Origin: an uncultured bacterium
Lineage (GTDB): Bacteria > Verrucomicrobiota > Lentisphaeria > Victivallales > UBA1829
Direction of reading: 5' to 3'
DNA length: 64,000 nucleotides
Assembly (NCBI GenBank): GCA_902774245.1
Contig: CACYHQ010000001.1
Coordinates: forward strand, 164,654 to 228,653
A model generated the notes under the pieces. It did no database searches, had not been told where the DNA came from, and saw only the letters and a program-made list of their open reading frames with translations. A program made the position numbers and the translations under genes. This document shows, piece after piece, positions 19,533-29,532 of this stretch (the first letter of the stretch is position 1; each line of letters opens with the position of its first letter).

Positions 19533-19573
19533 CAAAAAACGCGCTCGCGCGCGAAAACGCATGCGCGTGAGCG
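19533..19573 (-). terminator. Rho-independent terminator for the histone-like gene
   Basis: The stem cgctcacgcg/cgcgcgagcg has one mismatch. On the minus strand it is followed by GUUUUUUGC. Confidence 0.45.
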
Positions 19574-19699
19574 AGATTAGTCTTGAGAGAACAGGTTTGG
19601 CGAAAAAGAGAAACCGTGCCCGTTATCCCGGTTCCTCCGGACGAATCCGGAGGAAATGGAGACAGCGCACGGTCTTGTTATGGGACGAATTCGTCCGGA

Positions 19700-20326
19700 T
19701 TATTTCTTCTTTGCCTTCGCCGCGGGTTTCTTCGCGGGGGCCGAAGCCGGTTTCGCTTCCGCTTTCTTCACAGGGGCAGGAGCCGGTTTCGCCGCAGGCT
19801 TCGCTTCCGCCTTCTTCGCGGAAGCCGGAGCGGGTTTCGCAGCAGGCTTCGATTCCGCCTTCTTCGCGGGAGCCGGAGCGGGTTTCGCAGCAGGCTTCGA
19901 TTCCGCCTTCTTCGCGGAAACCGGAGCGGGTTTCGCGGCGGTTTTCGCTTCCGCCTTCTTCGCGGAAACCGGAGCGGGGTTCGCGGCGGTTTTCGCTTCC
20001 GCCTTCTTCGCAGGAGCCGGGGCAGGTTTCTTCGCCGGAGCAGACTTCTTTTCGGCTTTCTTCTCAGAGGCGGGAGCGGCACTTTGCTTGGCGGATTCGG
20101 CCGGTTTCAGAGAAAGCGTTCCGGTTTTGACGAGGTGTTTCAGGAGCGTATTGCCGGAATGAAACAGAGCCAGAAAACCTTCCCTTGTCATGGGAACCGT
20201 TATACGGAGGAAAACCTCCTGTTCATGATGCCCGTCTTCACCGGGGACAAGATGGTAAAAATCAAGAAAAGCCAGACCACGGGTCACATAAATGTCGGAA
20301 AGGCCGTCGATGAAAATCTCTTTCAT
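19700..20326 (-). CDS. histone H1-like / AlgP-like Lys/Ala/Pro-repeat (KPAA-repeat) protein with a small N-terminal globular domain
   Basis: An N-terminal domain of about 80 aa (MKEIFIDGLSDIYVTRG...) is followed by about six 16-aa repeats (AKKAEAKTAAKPAPVS). The start was chosen at Met 25 of the track ORF. Confidence 0.6.
   Translation of the reverse strand: MKEIFIDGLSDIYVTRGLAFLDFYHLVPGEDGHHEQEVFLRITVPMTREGFLALFHSGNTLLKHLVKTGTLSLKPAESAKQSAAPASEKKAEKKSAPAKKPAPAPAKKAEAKTAANPAPVSAKKAEAKTAAKPAPVSAKKAESKPAAKPAPAPAKKAESKPAAKPAPASAKKAEAKPAAKPAPAPVKKAEAKPASAPAKKPAAKAKKK
19725..20045. repeat. Tandem 48-bp coding repeats, about 6.5 copies, encoding the KPAA repeat array
   Basis: Near-identical 48-mers (for example 19821-19868 and 19869-19916) lie in frame within the histone-like gene. 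Confidence 0.7.
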
Positions 20327-20672
20327 GTTCGTTTTCTGCTCCAAATTCACTGTTGAAGTTTTAGTCCCGGAACACCGGAGAAACGTCGTCCGAGACAAGT
20401 GAGTCCGATTCGGAGCCTTCGCGCCGGATCAGGCTATATCACTTATTTCAAACATCTTGCGATCGCATTTCAGCCGGAACTCTGTATCCGGGTCCCGAAT
20501 TCAACGATACTATAGCCCGCTTCCATGCAAAAATCAACAGGCAAATAGGACTTTTTTTGAGTTTTTTTTCGAAAAAACCGAAACAATCCGCGGGAACAAG
20601 GCGGAAATCGAGGTTAAGGAACGCTGTCGCGGATGTGTTTTCCAGCAGGGAAGGGTGGAAGGGTAATCCTGA

Positions 20673-22484
20673 TCAATCGCGGGAGAACCATTCCGTGAAC
20701 ATCTCCGCCACGACCGGAGCCGTGGTGCCGCCGCCGGAATCGCCGTGTTCGATCACAGCTACGAAGCTCAGGAGCTCGCCCGTGCGCGGATGCTTCACGA
20801 AACCGTTGAACCAGGTGTTCTTCGTGGCGTTCCTGCCGGTCCCGACGTTGGCCGTTCCGGTCTTCGCATAAAGCTCGGCGGATTTGATGTTGCCGCGCCG
20901 CCCGGAGCCGCCGGAATCGTGCACGACCAGGTACATACCCTCGCGGATCACGTCCAGGGACTTCGCCGAGGCGGCGAGTTTGCCGGTTTTGAGCGGAACG
21001 GCGTCGAACACGCTCAGGCGCGTGCCGGAAATACGGTCATGGTCGTAGATATGGTCGATCAGATACGGCTTGTACAGGGTCCCGCCATTGGCGATTGCGG
21101 CGTAGAACACGGCGGCCTGAAGCGGCGTGACTTCGACCTTGCCCTGCCCGATGCTGACGTACGCGGTCTCGTTTTCGTTCCAGTTCGGACCGTCCTTCGG
21201 CAGATACCCGGCGCGTTCGGCGATCTCGATCCCGGTCTTGCTGCCAATGCCGGCGGACGCGAACATGCGGCTGAGTGCGTTGATGCCGACATCGATGCCC
21301 AAGTCCACAAAATATACGTTGCACGACTTCATGATTGCGCGGCGCATGTCGAGTTCATGGTGAATGCCGGTGCAGTGGATGCCGCCTCCGTATCCGTGCG
21401 GCGTGAGTCCCTCACAGTCGTAGGTCTTCGTCGCCGGGATGCCGTTTTCAAGCGCGGCGAGCGCGGTCAGCGGCTTGATGGTCGAGCCGGGCATGTAGGA
21501 CCCCTGCACGGCACGGTTCAGGAACGGATTTCCGGGATCTTCGGCCAGTTCCCGGTAGCGCGCCCGGGAAATGGACGGGACGAAGTCGGCGGGCGAGAAA
21601 GTCGGCGAGGAGGCCATCACGCGGACCGCACCGGATTCGGCGCTCAGGACAACGACGGCCCCGAGATGCCCGCGCAGGGCGCGTTCGGCGGCGATCTGGC
21701 CGTCAATGTCAAGCGTCAGACGCAGATCGTAGCCGTTTTCGGGCGGCGTAGGCTCCTCCAGCTGTTCATGCACGAATCCGTTGCTGTTCACCATCACGAA
21801 CTGGCTGCCGGCCTTGCCCGACAGTTTTTCGTTGTACTGGTACTCCAGCCCGGAACGCCCCTCCAGGCTCGGCAGATAATAGAAATATTCGCGGCGATCG
21901 TCGGCATCAGCGGGGTCCTCGTTGCCCACATAGCCGATCAGCTGGGCGGCGAGACTGCCGAACGGATATTCGCGCATCGGTTCGGCGGTCACTTCCAGAC
22001 CGCGGATCGGCGGGAAAAGCTCGTCCAGGCGGCCGCGTTCCGCATCGGACAGGTCCTTGAACGCGGTGAGCGGGAGGCCGGGCTGGTAGTTCAGGTGGCG
22101 GCGGACGTTTTCAAGCGTCAGCGGATTGTAGCGTCCGAGCACGGCCGCGACCTGGTCGGCCTTATCCATGATGTATTGCGCCCGGTCGCGCGAACGCTCC
22201 GTCGTCATTTCGCCGGGATGAAACAACACATTGAACGACGGACGGTTCCGCACGATCGCGGTACCGTCGCGCCCGAAAATCTCGCCGCGCATGGCGGGGA
22301 TGCGGATGCGGCGCGCGCTCTGCTTGCGATCCTTGTATTCATACTCGGACGAACCGACCACCTGCATGTTCCACAGGCGGATCACCAGCACGGAGAACAG
22401 CAGAAACGCGGCCAGCGCCAGTACGCCGACACGGATCACGAAGGCGTCGATCACGAAATCCGGATTCTTTTTTTCCGGCATCAC
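20673..22484 (-). CDS. mrdA: penicillin-binding protein 2 (peptidoglycan D,D-transpeptidase)
   Basis: Has an N-terminal transmembrane helix and the transpeptidase motifs STIKP (SxxK), SCN (SxN) and KTGT (KTG). Sits downstream of mreCD. Confidence 0.85.
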   Translation of the reverse strand: MMPEKKNPDFVIDAFVIRVGVLALAAFLLFSVLVIRLWNMQVVGSSEYEYKDRKQSARRIRIPAMRGEIFGRDGTAIVRNRPSFNVLFHPGEMTTERSRDRAQYIMDKADQVAAVLGRYNPLTLENVRRHLNYQPGLPLTAFKDLSDAERGRLDELFPPIRGLEVTAEPMREYPFGSLAAQLIGYVGNEDPADADDRREYFYYLPSLEGRSGLEYQYNEKLSGKAGSQFVMVNSNGFVHEQLEEPTPPENGYDLRLTLDIDGQIAAERALRGHLGAVVVLSAESGAVRVMASSPTFSPADFVPSISRARYRELAEDPGNPFLNRAVQGSYMPGSTIKPLTALAALENGIPATKTYDCEGLTPHGYGGGIHCTGIHHELDMRRAIMKSCNVYFVDLGIDVGINALSRMFASAGIGSKTGIEIAERAGYLPKDGPNWNENETAYVSIGQGKVEVTPLQAAVFYAAIANGGTLYKPYLIDHIYDHDRISGTRLSVFDAVPLKTGKLAASAKSLDVIREGMYLVVHDSGGSGRRGNIKSAELYAKTGTANVGTGRNATKNTWFNGFVKHPRTGELLSFVAVIEHGDSGGGTTAPVVAEMFTEWFSRD

Positions 22485-22963
22485 GCGCCTCCGTTTTCTT
22501 TGGCCGCAGCTCCGATCTCCAGACGTCCGGCGGAACGCGCAACGAGGGCAAATACCAGCGGAAAGAGGAACGCGCCGAACAGGCAGGCCATCAGCAGCGA
22601 GGCAAACCCCTCCGGCGTCGTGAGCGAGATCCAGATATGCGGAAGAGCCATGACGGACGGGATCATCACCCCGGCCAGGAATTCAAGTACGTCGGAGTCG
22701 GGATGTTTCCCGTGCAGGAAGAACGCGGGAAGCGTCAGGAGCGGGAGCAGGATCCCGTCCCACGGCATGGCGTACCCAAGCACGAAGTCCGTCGCAATCC
22801 CGAACACCAGCGCGAAACAGAGCGCCATCCGGGCCGAGATCAGGCATGAGGCCGCGGCGAAAAAGAATCCGAGCAGCGGGACCGTCAGACCGGCGGACCG
22901 AAGAAGGACTTCCGCGACCAGGAGCAGGATGGACCAGAACGTGAAGTAAAGAAATGCGAACAT
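22481..22963 (-). CDS. mreD: rod shape-determining protein MreD
   Basis: A 160-aa polytopic hydrophobic protein between mreC and mrdA. It overlaps the mrdA start by 4 nt. Confidence 0.55.
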   Translation of the reverse strand: MFAFLYFTFWSILLLVAEVLLRSAGLTVPLLGFFFAAASCLISARMALCFALVFGIATDFVLGYAMPWDGILLPLLTLPAFFLHGKHPDSDVLEFLAGVMIPSVMALPHIWISLTTPEGFASLLMACLFGAFLFPLVFALVARSAGRLEIGAAAKENGGA

Positions 22964-22979
22964 CGTCCCCTCCCCGCCG

Positions 22980-23870
22980 TCATCTCCCGGTCAGGACGAC
23001 GACGAACCGGATCGTGTCCAGCGAGACAGCCGGACGCATCCACGCCTCGGCGTACAGTCCGCCGTCATGCACCACGGCCGCGCGGCTGCCCCCGACCGGA
23101 GCGTCGGTCAGATACCCGATGCAGATCCCGCGCGGGGTACGTTCGGAGAACCCGCTCGTGAGGACCATTTCGCCGATGCCGTACTTATTCTTCAGCGGCA
23201 GACGCGAGATCAGCGCGGTCATGGAGGACGAGCCGTTGCCCGTCAACGTGCCGTTCGCGCCGGATTCCGCCAGCGTCACGCTCAGGCGGCAGGCGGGATT
23301 CACGACGGTCGCCACGACCGATGTCCGGGCGGACGCTTCGATCACACGTCCGGCCAGCACGCAGCTCGGCGTGCCGCCGCGCGGCGCAAACTCGAACGTC
23401 AGGACCAGGTCGCCGGTCTCAATGCCATCGTTCAGCCCCTTGGAGATCACGAACTGTTCGCTCCATGTGGAGGGATCGCGGAGAATGACTTCGGCGTAGA
23501 CCTCGTTGTAGCCGGACCAGCGCGGCATGCGGAGTTCCTGACGGAGGCGTTCATTGTCGGACTCCATCTCGCGGAGCCGCTGCACCTGCGCCGCCAGCAT
23601 GGCGTTCTGGCGCTGGAGCTGTTCCACAGCCGCCGCGAGCTTCTGCCTGGACTGCATCGCCAGCGACTGGCGCGCCGCGGAGAGCTCGACGTGTTTCACG
23701 GCCTGAAAGAACGGATAGTAGAAATCCAGGGAGAACCGCGCCAGCGTCCGGCGGAACGTGAAGAATCCGGTCAGCACGAGCGCGGCCAGGACCACGGGGA
23801 TCGCCGCGAAAAGGACGACCCTCGATACCTTGACTTTCTTTTTCGGCCTGACGGGCCTGGACGACGCCAT
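22980..23870 (-). CDS. mreC: rod shape-determining protein MreC
   Basis: Has an N-terminal transmembrane helix, a coiled coil (QLQRQNAMLAAQVQRLREME) and C-terminal beta domains. The start was chosen at MASSRPVRPKKK; the track ORF extends 42 codons upstream. Confidence 0.75.
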   Translation of the reverse strand: MASSRPVRPKKKVKVSRVVLFAAIPVVLAALVLTGFFTFRRTLARFSLDFYYPFFQAVKHVELSAARQSLAMQSRQKLAAAVEQLQRQNAMLAAQVQRLREMESDNERLRQELRMPRWSGYNEVYAEVILRDPSTWSEQFVISKGLNDGIETGDLVLTFEFAPRGGTPSCVLAGRVIEASARTSVVATVVNPACRLSVTLAESGANGTLTGNGSSSMTALISRLPLKNKYGIGEMVLTSGFSERTPRGICIGYLTDAPVGGSRAAVVHDGGLYAEAWMRPAVSLDTIRFVVVLTGR

Positions 23871-24080
23871 TGCGTGTGACTCCTGACTTCTTGCGCTCCC
23901 GGAAGAACGGACAATAAAACTCTTTGTCCGGGGCAAAAACGGTCTTCCCCGGAGACGAAAACTCCGGCCGGACTTTTTTTCGCCCGGCCGGCACACCGCA
24001 AGCGGTGCTGTAGTAGTAGTGCACGGCTTGCGTCGCGCACCGGATATTCCATTTGTTACGCGGGACGGACCGCGTGCGGC

Positions 24081-26066
24081 TTACGCCTTGAGATAGGCAC
24101 GGACCTTGTCGGCGACGGCTTCCGGCGTGAAGCCGAATTCCTGCGCCAGTTTCTTGTACGGAGCGGACGCGCCGAAGTGATCGAGACCGATCGCGAGGCC
24201 GTCGAGGCCGACCAGGGCATACCACATCGGGGTCGTGCCGGCTTCGATGGAGATGCGCTTGCGGCAGGCGTTCGGCAGGATGCTTTCGCGGAAGGCGGCG
24301 TCCTGACGGAGGAAGGTCTCGAGGGACGGGACGGACACGATGCGGACCTTATGGCCTTCGCCGCGGAGGATCGCGGCGGCGTCGAGCGCCAGATTGACTT
24401 CACTGCCGGAGGCGAGGATGACGGCCTCGAAGCCCGCGTCCTCGGAGAGGATGTAGGCGCCGCGGGTCACGTCGATCTTCTTGGCCAGCTCGGCGTCGAA
24501 GGGACGGAGGTCCTGACGGGTCATCATCATGGCAACGGGCCCCTGCTTCTTCAGGGCGGCGGCCCAGCAGTGCGCGACTTCATGCGCTTCGGCGGGACGG
24601 AACACGGTCATGTCGGGGATGCTGCGGAGCATGGCGAGCTGTTCGATCGGCTCGTGGGTGGGGCCGTCTTCGCCGACGTAGAAGGAGTCGTGCGTGAAGA
24701 TGTAGAGTTCGTGGAGCTTCTGGATCGCGGCGAGGCGGATCGCAGGCTTCATGTAGTCGGAGAACACCGCGAACGTGGAGGTGTACGGGATGGCCGTGCC
24801 GAACAGAGCCATGCCGTTGCCCGCCATGCCCATTTCGAGCTCGCGGATGCCGAAGTGCAGGTTGCGGCCCGCGCGGTCTTCCGCGCTGAAGTCGCCCGCG
24901 CCCTTGACCGCGGTCTTGGTGGACGGAGCCAGGTCGGCGGCGCCGCCGACGAGGGCCGGAACGAGCGCAGAAGCCTTCTGAAGGATGGTGCCGCTGGAGG
25001 CGCGGGAAGCAACCGGCTTGTCGACCGGAGCGACGGCGAGGAGTTCGTCGAGGATGTTTTCGGGAACGGTGCGGTTGATGAGGCTGTCGATCAGCGCCTT
25101 GTCGGCGGACTTCACGAACGCCGCGAACTTTTCGTTCCAGGCGGCGGCTTCGGCAGCGAGTTCCTTCACGCGGCCCGCGAGCATGTCCTTGACGGCCTGC
25201 GGAACGGTGAAAGGCTCTTCGGTCCAGCCGAGGTTGGCCTTCGTGGCGGCGAGTTCCTCGTCTCCGAGGGGTTCGCCGTGGCAGCCGTGCGTGCCGGCCT
25301 TGTTCGGAGCGCCGTAACCGATCTTGGTCTTGCCGATGATGAGGGTCGGGCGGCCGTCGGTCTTGACGGCTTCGGCCAGGACGGCGTCGACCTTCGCGAC
25401 GTCATTGGCGTCGTCGCAGCGGAGGACGCGCCAGTCGTAGGCGGCGTAACGGGCGGCGACGTCTTCGGTGAACGCGAGGCCGGTGTTGCCTTCGATGGTG
25501 ATGTTGTTGTCGTCGTAGAACACGACGAGGTTGTCGAGCTTGAGGTGGCCGGCGAGGCTGGCGGCTTCGGAGGTGTTGCCCTCCATCATGCAGCCGTCGC
25601 CGCTGATCACGAAGATGCGGCTCTGCCGGATGTCCGTCTTGTCAAGGCCGATTCTGGCCGCAAACTGCTTGGCGGCGATTGCCATGCCGACCGCGGAACC
25701 GAAACCGCTGCCCAGCGGACCGGTCGTGATGTCGACGCCCTTGGTGTGGCCGAATTCCGGATGGCCCGGAGTCAGGCTGCCCCACTGGCGGAAGTTCTTC
25801 AGTTCGTCCATGGAGAGACCGTAGTTGAAGAGGTGCAGGAGCGAATAGATCAGCATGGAGCCGTGACCGGCGGACAGCACGAAGCGGTCGCGTCCGATCC
25901 AGGTCGGGTCGGCCGGATTGTGGCGGAGGTACTTCGCCCAGAGGACCATCGCGAAATCGGCGTTGCCCATAGGCATGCCGGGATGCCCGGACTTGGCCTT
26001 CTGAATCGCTTCGGCGGATAAAATACGGATTGTGTCGGCGGCTTTGCGCAGAGTGGTTGCGTCCAT
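24081..26066 (-). CDS. tkt: transketolase
   Basis: The product begins MDATTLRKAADTIRILSAEAIQKAKSGHPGMPMG. A TPP-binding GDGCMMEG region is present. Shine-Dalgarno AAGGAAATGAG precedes the Met at 26066. Confidence 0.9.
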   Translation of the reverse strand: MDATTLRKAADTIRILSAEAIQKAKSGHPGMPMGNADFAMVLWAKYLRHNPADPTWIGRDRFVLSAGHGSMLIYSLLHLFNYGLSMDELKNFRQWGSLTPGHPEFGHTKGVDITTGPLGSGFGSAVGMAIAAKQFAARIGLDKTDIRQSRIFVISGDGCMMEGNTSEAASLAGHLKLDNLVVFYDDNNITIEGNTGLAFTEDVAARYAAYDWRVLRCDDANDVAKVDAVLAEAVKTDGRPTLIIGKTKIGYGAPNKAGTHGCHGEPLGDEELAATKANLGWTEEPFTVPQAVKDMLAGRVKELAAEAAAWNEKFAAFVKSADKALIDSLINRTVPENILDELLAVAPVDKPVASRASSGTILQKASALVPALVGGAADLAPSTKTAVKGAGDFSAEDRAGRNLHFGIRELEMGMAGNGMALFGTAIPYTSTFAVFSDYMKPAIRLAAIQKLHELYIFTHDSFYVGEDGPTHEPIEQLAMLRSIPDMTVFRPAEAHEVAHCWAAALKKQGPVAMMMTRQDLRPFDAELAKKIDVTRGAYILSEDAGFEAVILASGSEVNLALDAAAILRGEGHKVRIVSVPSLETFLRQDAAFRESILPNACRKRISIEAGTTPMWYALVGLDGLAIGLDHFGASAPYKKLAQEFGFTPEAVADKVRAYLKA

Positions 26067-26175
26067 CTCATTTCCTTTCGTTGTTGAGAGAATTATTTGA
26101 TTAAAAGAAAAAAGGTCATCCGCAAAAGATACCACAATTTTTGAAAAAAGCAATTGCATTTCCGAAAAAAGAGGT

Positions 26176-26181
26176 TATTTT
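26176..26181 (+). promoter_or_regulatory. Possible -10 element (TATTTT) with a TTGCAT -35 at 26154-26159 for the glycosyltransferase gene
   Basis: TTGCAT-16 bp-TATTTT lies in the AT-rich divergent intergenic region between tkt and the glycosyltransferase gene. Confidence 0.25.
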
Positions 26182-26334
26182 ATTCGCTGTTTTTTCGTTT
26201 TTCACACAACCGGCGGTGTTTTTCCAAAGAACAGACGGCTTCTCCGATCCGGACGCGCAGATGGTTTCCGCCGGGCCTTCTTCCATCCGATGCGCGGCCC
26301 GGAGCGTCGCCGTCAGGAACATCCCCCCTGCCCC

Positions 26335-28005
26335 ATGCAAAACATCATCAGCGCCGTTTCCGGGTTCGCCCGCAGATACACATTCGCCACAATCTTCTTC
26401 TCGCTTCTCGCGTTCTTCCTCCTCGGGTCCGTCGGGCTCGAATGCGTGAAGATCGACGTCCGCTTCCAGTTTATGACCGGAGACATGACTGACAACCCGA
26501 TCGGGCCGTTCCCGACCGTCTTCGGGAATCCGTATTACGATTACCCGTCGACGATGTTCATCCTGTCGTGGCTGGCGACGTTCTGCGGTCACATGGTGGC
26601 GCGCTGGACGGTAACGCTGCCGTCGATGATATTCGGCGCGTATTCGATCGCGATGACGTGGCGGATCGGGGAAAAGGCGGAAAAGGGGCTCGGCCTGTGG
26701 GCGCTCATGCTCTCGCTGGTCTCGTTCGAGTATCTCAACGCCATCCTCGGATTCGGAATCGACCTCCCCGTCTGCGCCGCGGGCGTCACGATGATCGCCC
26801 TGCTCCAGGAAGACCGCCTGAATATCGTCTTCTCCACGCTCGTGTTCTCGGCGCTGCTCGTCTTCTGCTTCGCGATCCGCGGCCCGATGGGGCCCGTCCT
26901 GCTCGGCGCGGGAACGGCCGGATGGCTCGCGATGTCCGGCCGCTGGAAAACGTTCTTCGCGTTCGGCGCGGCAGGCGCGGCCGTCCTGGCCGGATGCGTG
27001 GGATTCGCGTGGTGGCTGCTGCACCACGTCGGCGGCAACGTGATGTGGGACCAGTTCTACGAATGGCAGTTCGGCAACCGGATGGACGGCGGCAATGCGC
27101 TGTTCTATCTGCTTGGCAGCATCCCGACCTACGCCCCGCTCAGCATCCCGTTCCTGTACACGCTCATCGCAGGCAAACGCGCCCTGCTGAAAGCCCCGGT
27201 CGGCCCCTGGCTCGGATTCCTGTTCGCCGTCGAGATCCTGCTCTCGATCCCCGGCTGCCAGCACACGCGCTACATGACGCTCGCCGTGCCGTTCATGGCG
27301 CTCTCCGGCGCATGGGGCATCCTTCATGCCCGCCTCGATCTGAAACTCTCCGAGGTCTGGCGAAACCGTATTGTCCGGCTCGCCCGACTCGTGATCGTCC
27401 TGATCCCCTATGCGACCATGCTCGGGACAGTGATCTGCCTGATCGCGTCGTTCTTCTTCGTTGCCGCGAGCTGGATCCCGTACACCCAATATATCCTCGG
27501 ATTCCTGCTCATCTCGACCGCCGTGTATTGTTTCCGCGGACATGATTCCTGGACGGCGCGGTTTGCTCTGGCCTCGTGCTGCCTGGGGATCCACTTTGTG
27601 TTCGCCGTTCTCCCGGCGATCTCCGCCCAGGAGGATTCCCGCCCGTTCGTCGAGGCGGTCGAAAAAGCCTCCGGCGAGGACCGCGTTTTCTTCTTCAACC
27701 TGAACGCCGACCATGTCGGCATCAAGTATCTGGCCGAGGTGAACAACGCCCGCCGCAAACAGGTCTTTTTCATCTGCGACGAGGACCAGACCACCGAGGA
27801 GCATTACGCCTACCGCACGGTCGAAGAGGGATTCAGGATGCTCGGGAGCGAGATCGTCATCCTCAGGGAAAAATACCTCGAAAAACTCACGCAGCTTGCC
27901 GGAGCCATGAACAAAAAAGTCGTCCCGCAGTTCGAAGGCAAGCTCGGCCACCGCAGGTATCTCGCGGTCCGGCTCGTTCCGGAAGAAACTCCGGCGAAAC
28001 CCTGA
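26335..28005 (+). CDS. ArnT/PMT-like (GT39/GT83 family) polytopic glycosyltransferase
   Basis: About 11 transmembrane helices with a soluble C-terminal domain of about 100 aa. The architecture matches dolichyl/undecaprenyl-phosphate-sugar-dependent glycosyltransferases. The ATG is at 26335 (MQNIISAVSG). Confidence 0.6.
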   Translation: MQNIISAVSGFARRYTFATIFFSLLAFFLLGSVGLECVKIDVRFQFMTGDMTDNPIGPFPTVFGNPYYDYPSTMFILSWLATFCGHMVARWTVTLPSMIFGAYSIAMTWRIGEKAEKGLGLWALMLSLVSFEYLNAILGFGIDLPVCAAGVTMIALLQEDRLNIVFSTLVFSALLVFCFAIRGPMGPVLLGAGTAGWLAMSGRWKTFFAFGAAGAAVLAGCVGFAWWLLHHVGGNVMWDQFYEWQFGNRMDGGNALFYLLGSIPTYAPLSIPFLYTLIAGKRALLKAPVGPWLGFLFAVEILLSIPGCQHTRYMTLAVPFMALSGAWGILHARLDLKLSEVWRNRIVRLARLVIVLIPYATMLGTVICLIASFFFVAASWIPYTQYILGFLLISTAVYCFRGHDSWTARFALASCCLGIHFVFAVLPAISAQEDSRPFVEAVEKASGEDRVFFFNLNADHVGIKYLAEVNNARRKQVFFICDEDQTTEEHYAYRTVEEGFRMLGSEIVILREKYLEKLTQLAGAMNKKVVPQFEGKLGHRRYLAVRLVPEETPAKP

Positions 28006-28115
28006 AACACCGCTTTTTTCCGGTTTTTTGTTTGATTTGCAGTTGATTTTTCCGTTTTTCATGGTATGATACTGCATGATATTTGTTTTGACTTCCATCT
28101 GAAAGGGTACCCGGC

Positions 28116-29093
28116 ATGTTCTGTAAAAACTGCGGCAGACAAATCCCGGACAATGCGGCGTTCTGCTCCGCCTGCGGCACGAAACGGTCCGGCGGCGACA
28201 CGTTCGGCGACGAGCGGTCCGGGCGTGACATCAAGAATCTCCCGAGCTACGCGAAGGAAAAGGAACTGAACCGTTCGGGCGACGCGATCGACTCCGACCG
28301 TGTCAAGTTCAGCCTGTCCGATTCCGGGCAGAAGAAATTCAGTCTCTCCGACAACAGCCAGAAGAAGTTCAGCCTGTCCGGTTCCGGCCAGAAGAAGTTC
28401 AGCCTGTCCGACAGGGACAAGGATTCCGGTGACGGCATCGTCCGCATCACCACGAGCCGCGAGCCCGCCCCGCCGCCGCGCGAGCCGACCGGATTCGTGA
28501 ATCCGCTCAAAGACTCCGGCAAGACGGTCTTCCGCGACGAACCGGCGGCACATACCGCGGACGTTAAACCGGAACAGCCCGCCGCGCCTGAACAGGAAGT
28601 GCATATTGAGCCTGAACAGCCCGCCGGACATGCAAACGCCGCCCAGTCCGCGGTGAACGATTTCTACGGCGGCTCCGCCTCCGCCGGAGGAAATACGGGC
28701 GCGAATTCAGGCACAGGGGAACAGCCGACCGGATTCGTGAACCCGCTCAAGGAGTCCGGTCAGAATATCCAGTGGGGCAGCGACGGCGACCGCAACGAAA
28801 CGAAGAACGCCGAGTTCGCCGGCGATCCCGGCGAGATTGAGTCACACCTGGGATTCGCGGTCTTCACGTTGCTCTGCTGCTGCCAGCCGACCAGCATCCT
28901 GGCGATCCTTTTCGCTGTGCTGGTCTCCCAGGAGGTCAAGAAAGGCAATTACGAGCAGGCGCAGAAGTATTCGAACCTCGCAAAGATTTTCTGCTGGATT
29001 TCCATTGTGCTGTCGATCTTCTGCGGCGGCTTTTCCTCCATCGCGAACATGGACGAATGGCGCAGCGCTTTGAACGGCACGACCATTCCTTGA
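28116..29093 (+). CDS. zinc-ribbon / CD225 (dispanin, IFITM-like) family membrane protein with internal 10-aa tandem repeats
   Basis: Starts MFCKNCGRQIPDNAAFCSACG. Has four copies of KFSLSD(S/N/G)xQK. The C-terminal two-helix hairpin (FAVFTLLCCCQPTSILAILFAVLVSQEVKKGNYEQAQKYSNLAKIFCWISIVLSI) is typical of CD225. Confidence 0.55.
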   Translation: MFCKNCGRQIPDNAAFCSACGTKRSGGDTFGDERSGRDIKNLPSYAKEKELNRSGDAIDSDRVKFSLSDSGQKKFSLSDNSQKKFSLSGSGQKKFSLSDRDKDSGDGIVRITTSREPAPPPREPTGFVNPLKDSGKTVFRDEPAAHTADVKPEQPAAPEQEVHIEPEQPAGHANAAQSAVNDFYGGSASAGGNTGANSGTGEQPTGFVNPLKESGQNIQWGSDGDRNETKNAEFAGDPGEIESHLGFAVFTLLCCCQPTSILAILFAVLVSQEVKKGNYEQAQKYSNLAKIFCWISIVLSIFCGGFSSIANMDEWRSALNGTTIP

Positions 29094-29136
29094 GTACATT
29101 TCTCCTCACGAATATATAACCAAGGAAAACGCCACG

Positions 29137-29532
29137 ATGTTCTGCATGCACTGCGGCCAACAACTGCCGCCCGACGCGGTCTTCTGCCCGAACTGCGGAC
29201 AGAAGGCGGAAACGGCTTCGGACACGTCGGCCGGAACATCGGAAAAACCGCCGAAGATCGACTGTGGATTCACGCTCGCCGTCATCGCGGTCGTGGTCGG
29301 CAACGTGATCGGCATCGTGGCGCTGATCTACGCCGTGCTCGCCTCGAACATGCTTCAAAGCGGCGATTACGAGGGCGCACGGCGGGCGGCGCGCACCGGA
29401 AAAATCTGGAGCTGGACCGCCATCATCCTTTTTGCGGCGGTACTGTGTCTGGGCATGCTCGTCCTGCCGAGCCTGTGGAACTTGATCGCGCCCGGTCTGA
29501 CGGTGATTGAAACGGAACTCTCCCCGCCATGA
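29137..29532 (+). CDS. zinc-ribbon / CD225 (dispanin)-like small membrane protein, a paralogue of the previous gene
   Basis: Starts MFCMHCGQQLPPDAVFCPNCG. The C-terminal hairpin is GFTLAVIAVVVGNVIGIVALIYAVLASNMLQSGDYEGARRAARTGKIWSWTAIILFAAVL. Confidence 0.5.
   Translation: MFCMHCGQQLPPDAVFCPNCGQKAETASDTSAGTSEKPPKIDCGFTLAVIAVVVGNVIGIVALIYAVLASNMLQSGDYEGARRAARTGKIWSWTAIILFAAVLCLGMLVLPSLWNLIAPGLTVIETELSPP

Noticed and set aside
19633-19696. Two palindromes (tcctccgga-cgaa-tccggagga and ggacgaattcgtcc), considered as an operator site upstream of PFOR
   Set aside because: They lie between the histone-like gene stop and its terminator, in the 3' UTR. The PFOR promoter is further downstream at 19493-19521. 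They are more likely RNA structure than a repressor site.
19725-20045. Regularly spaced 48-bp tandem repeats, considered as a possible CRISPR array
   Set aside because: The units are directly adjacent with no spacers. They are in frame inside a gene and encode a KPAA protein repeat. No cas genes are present.
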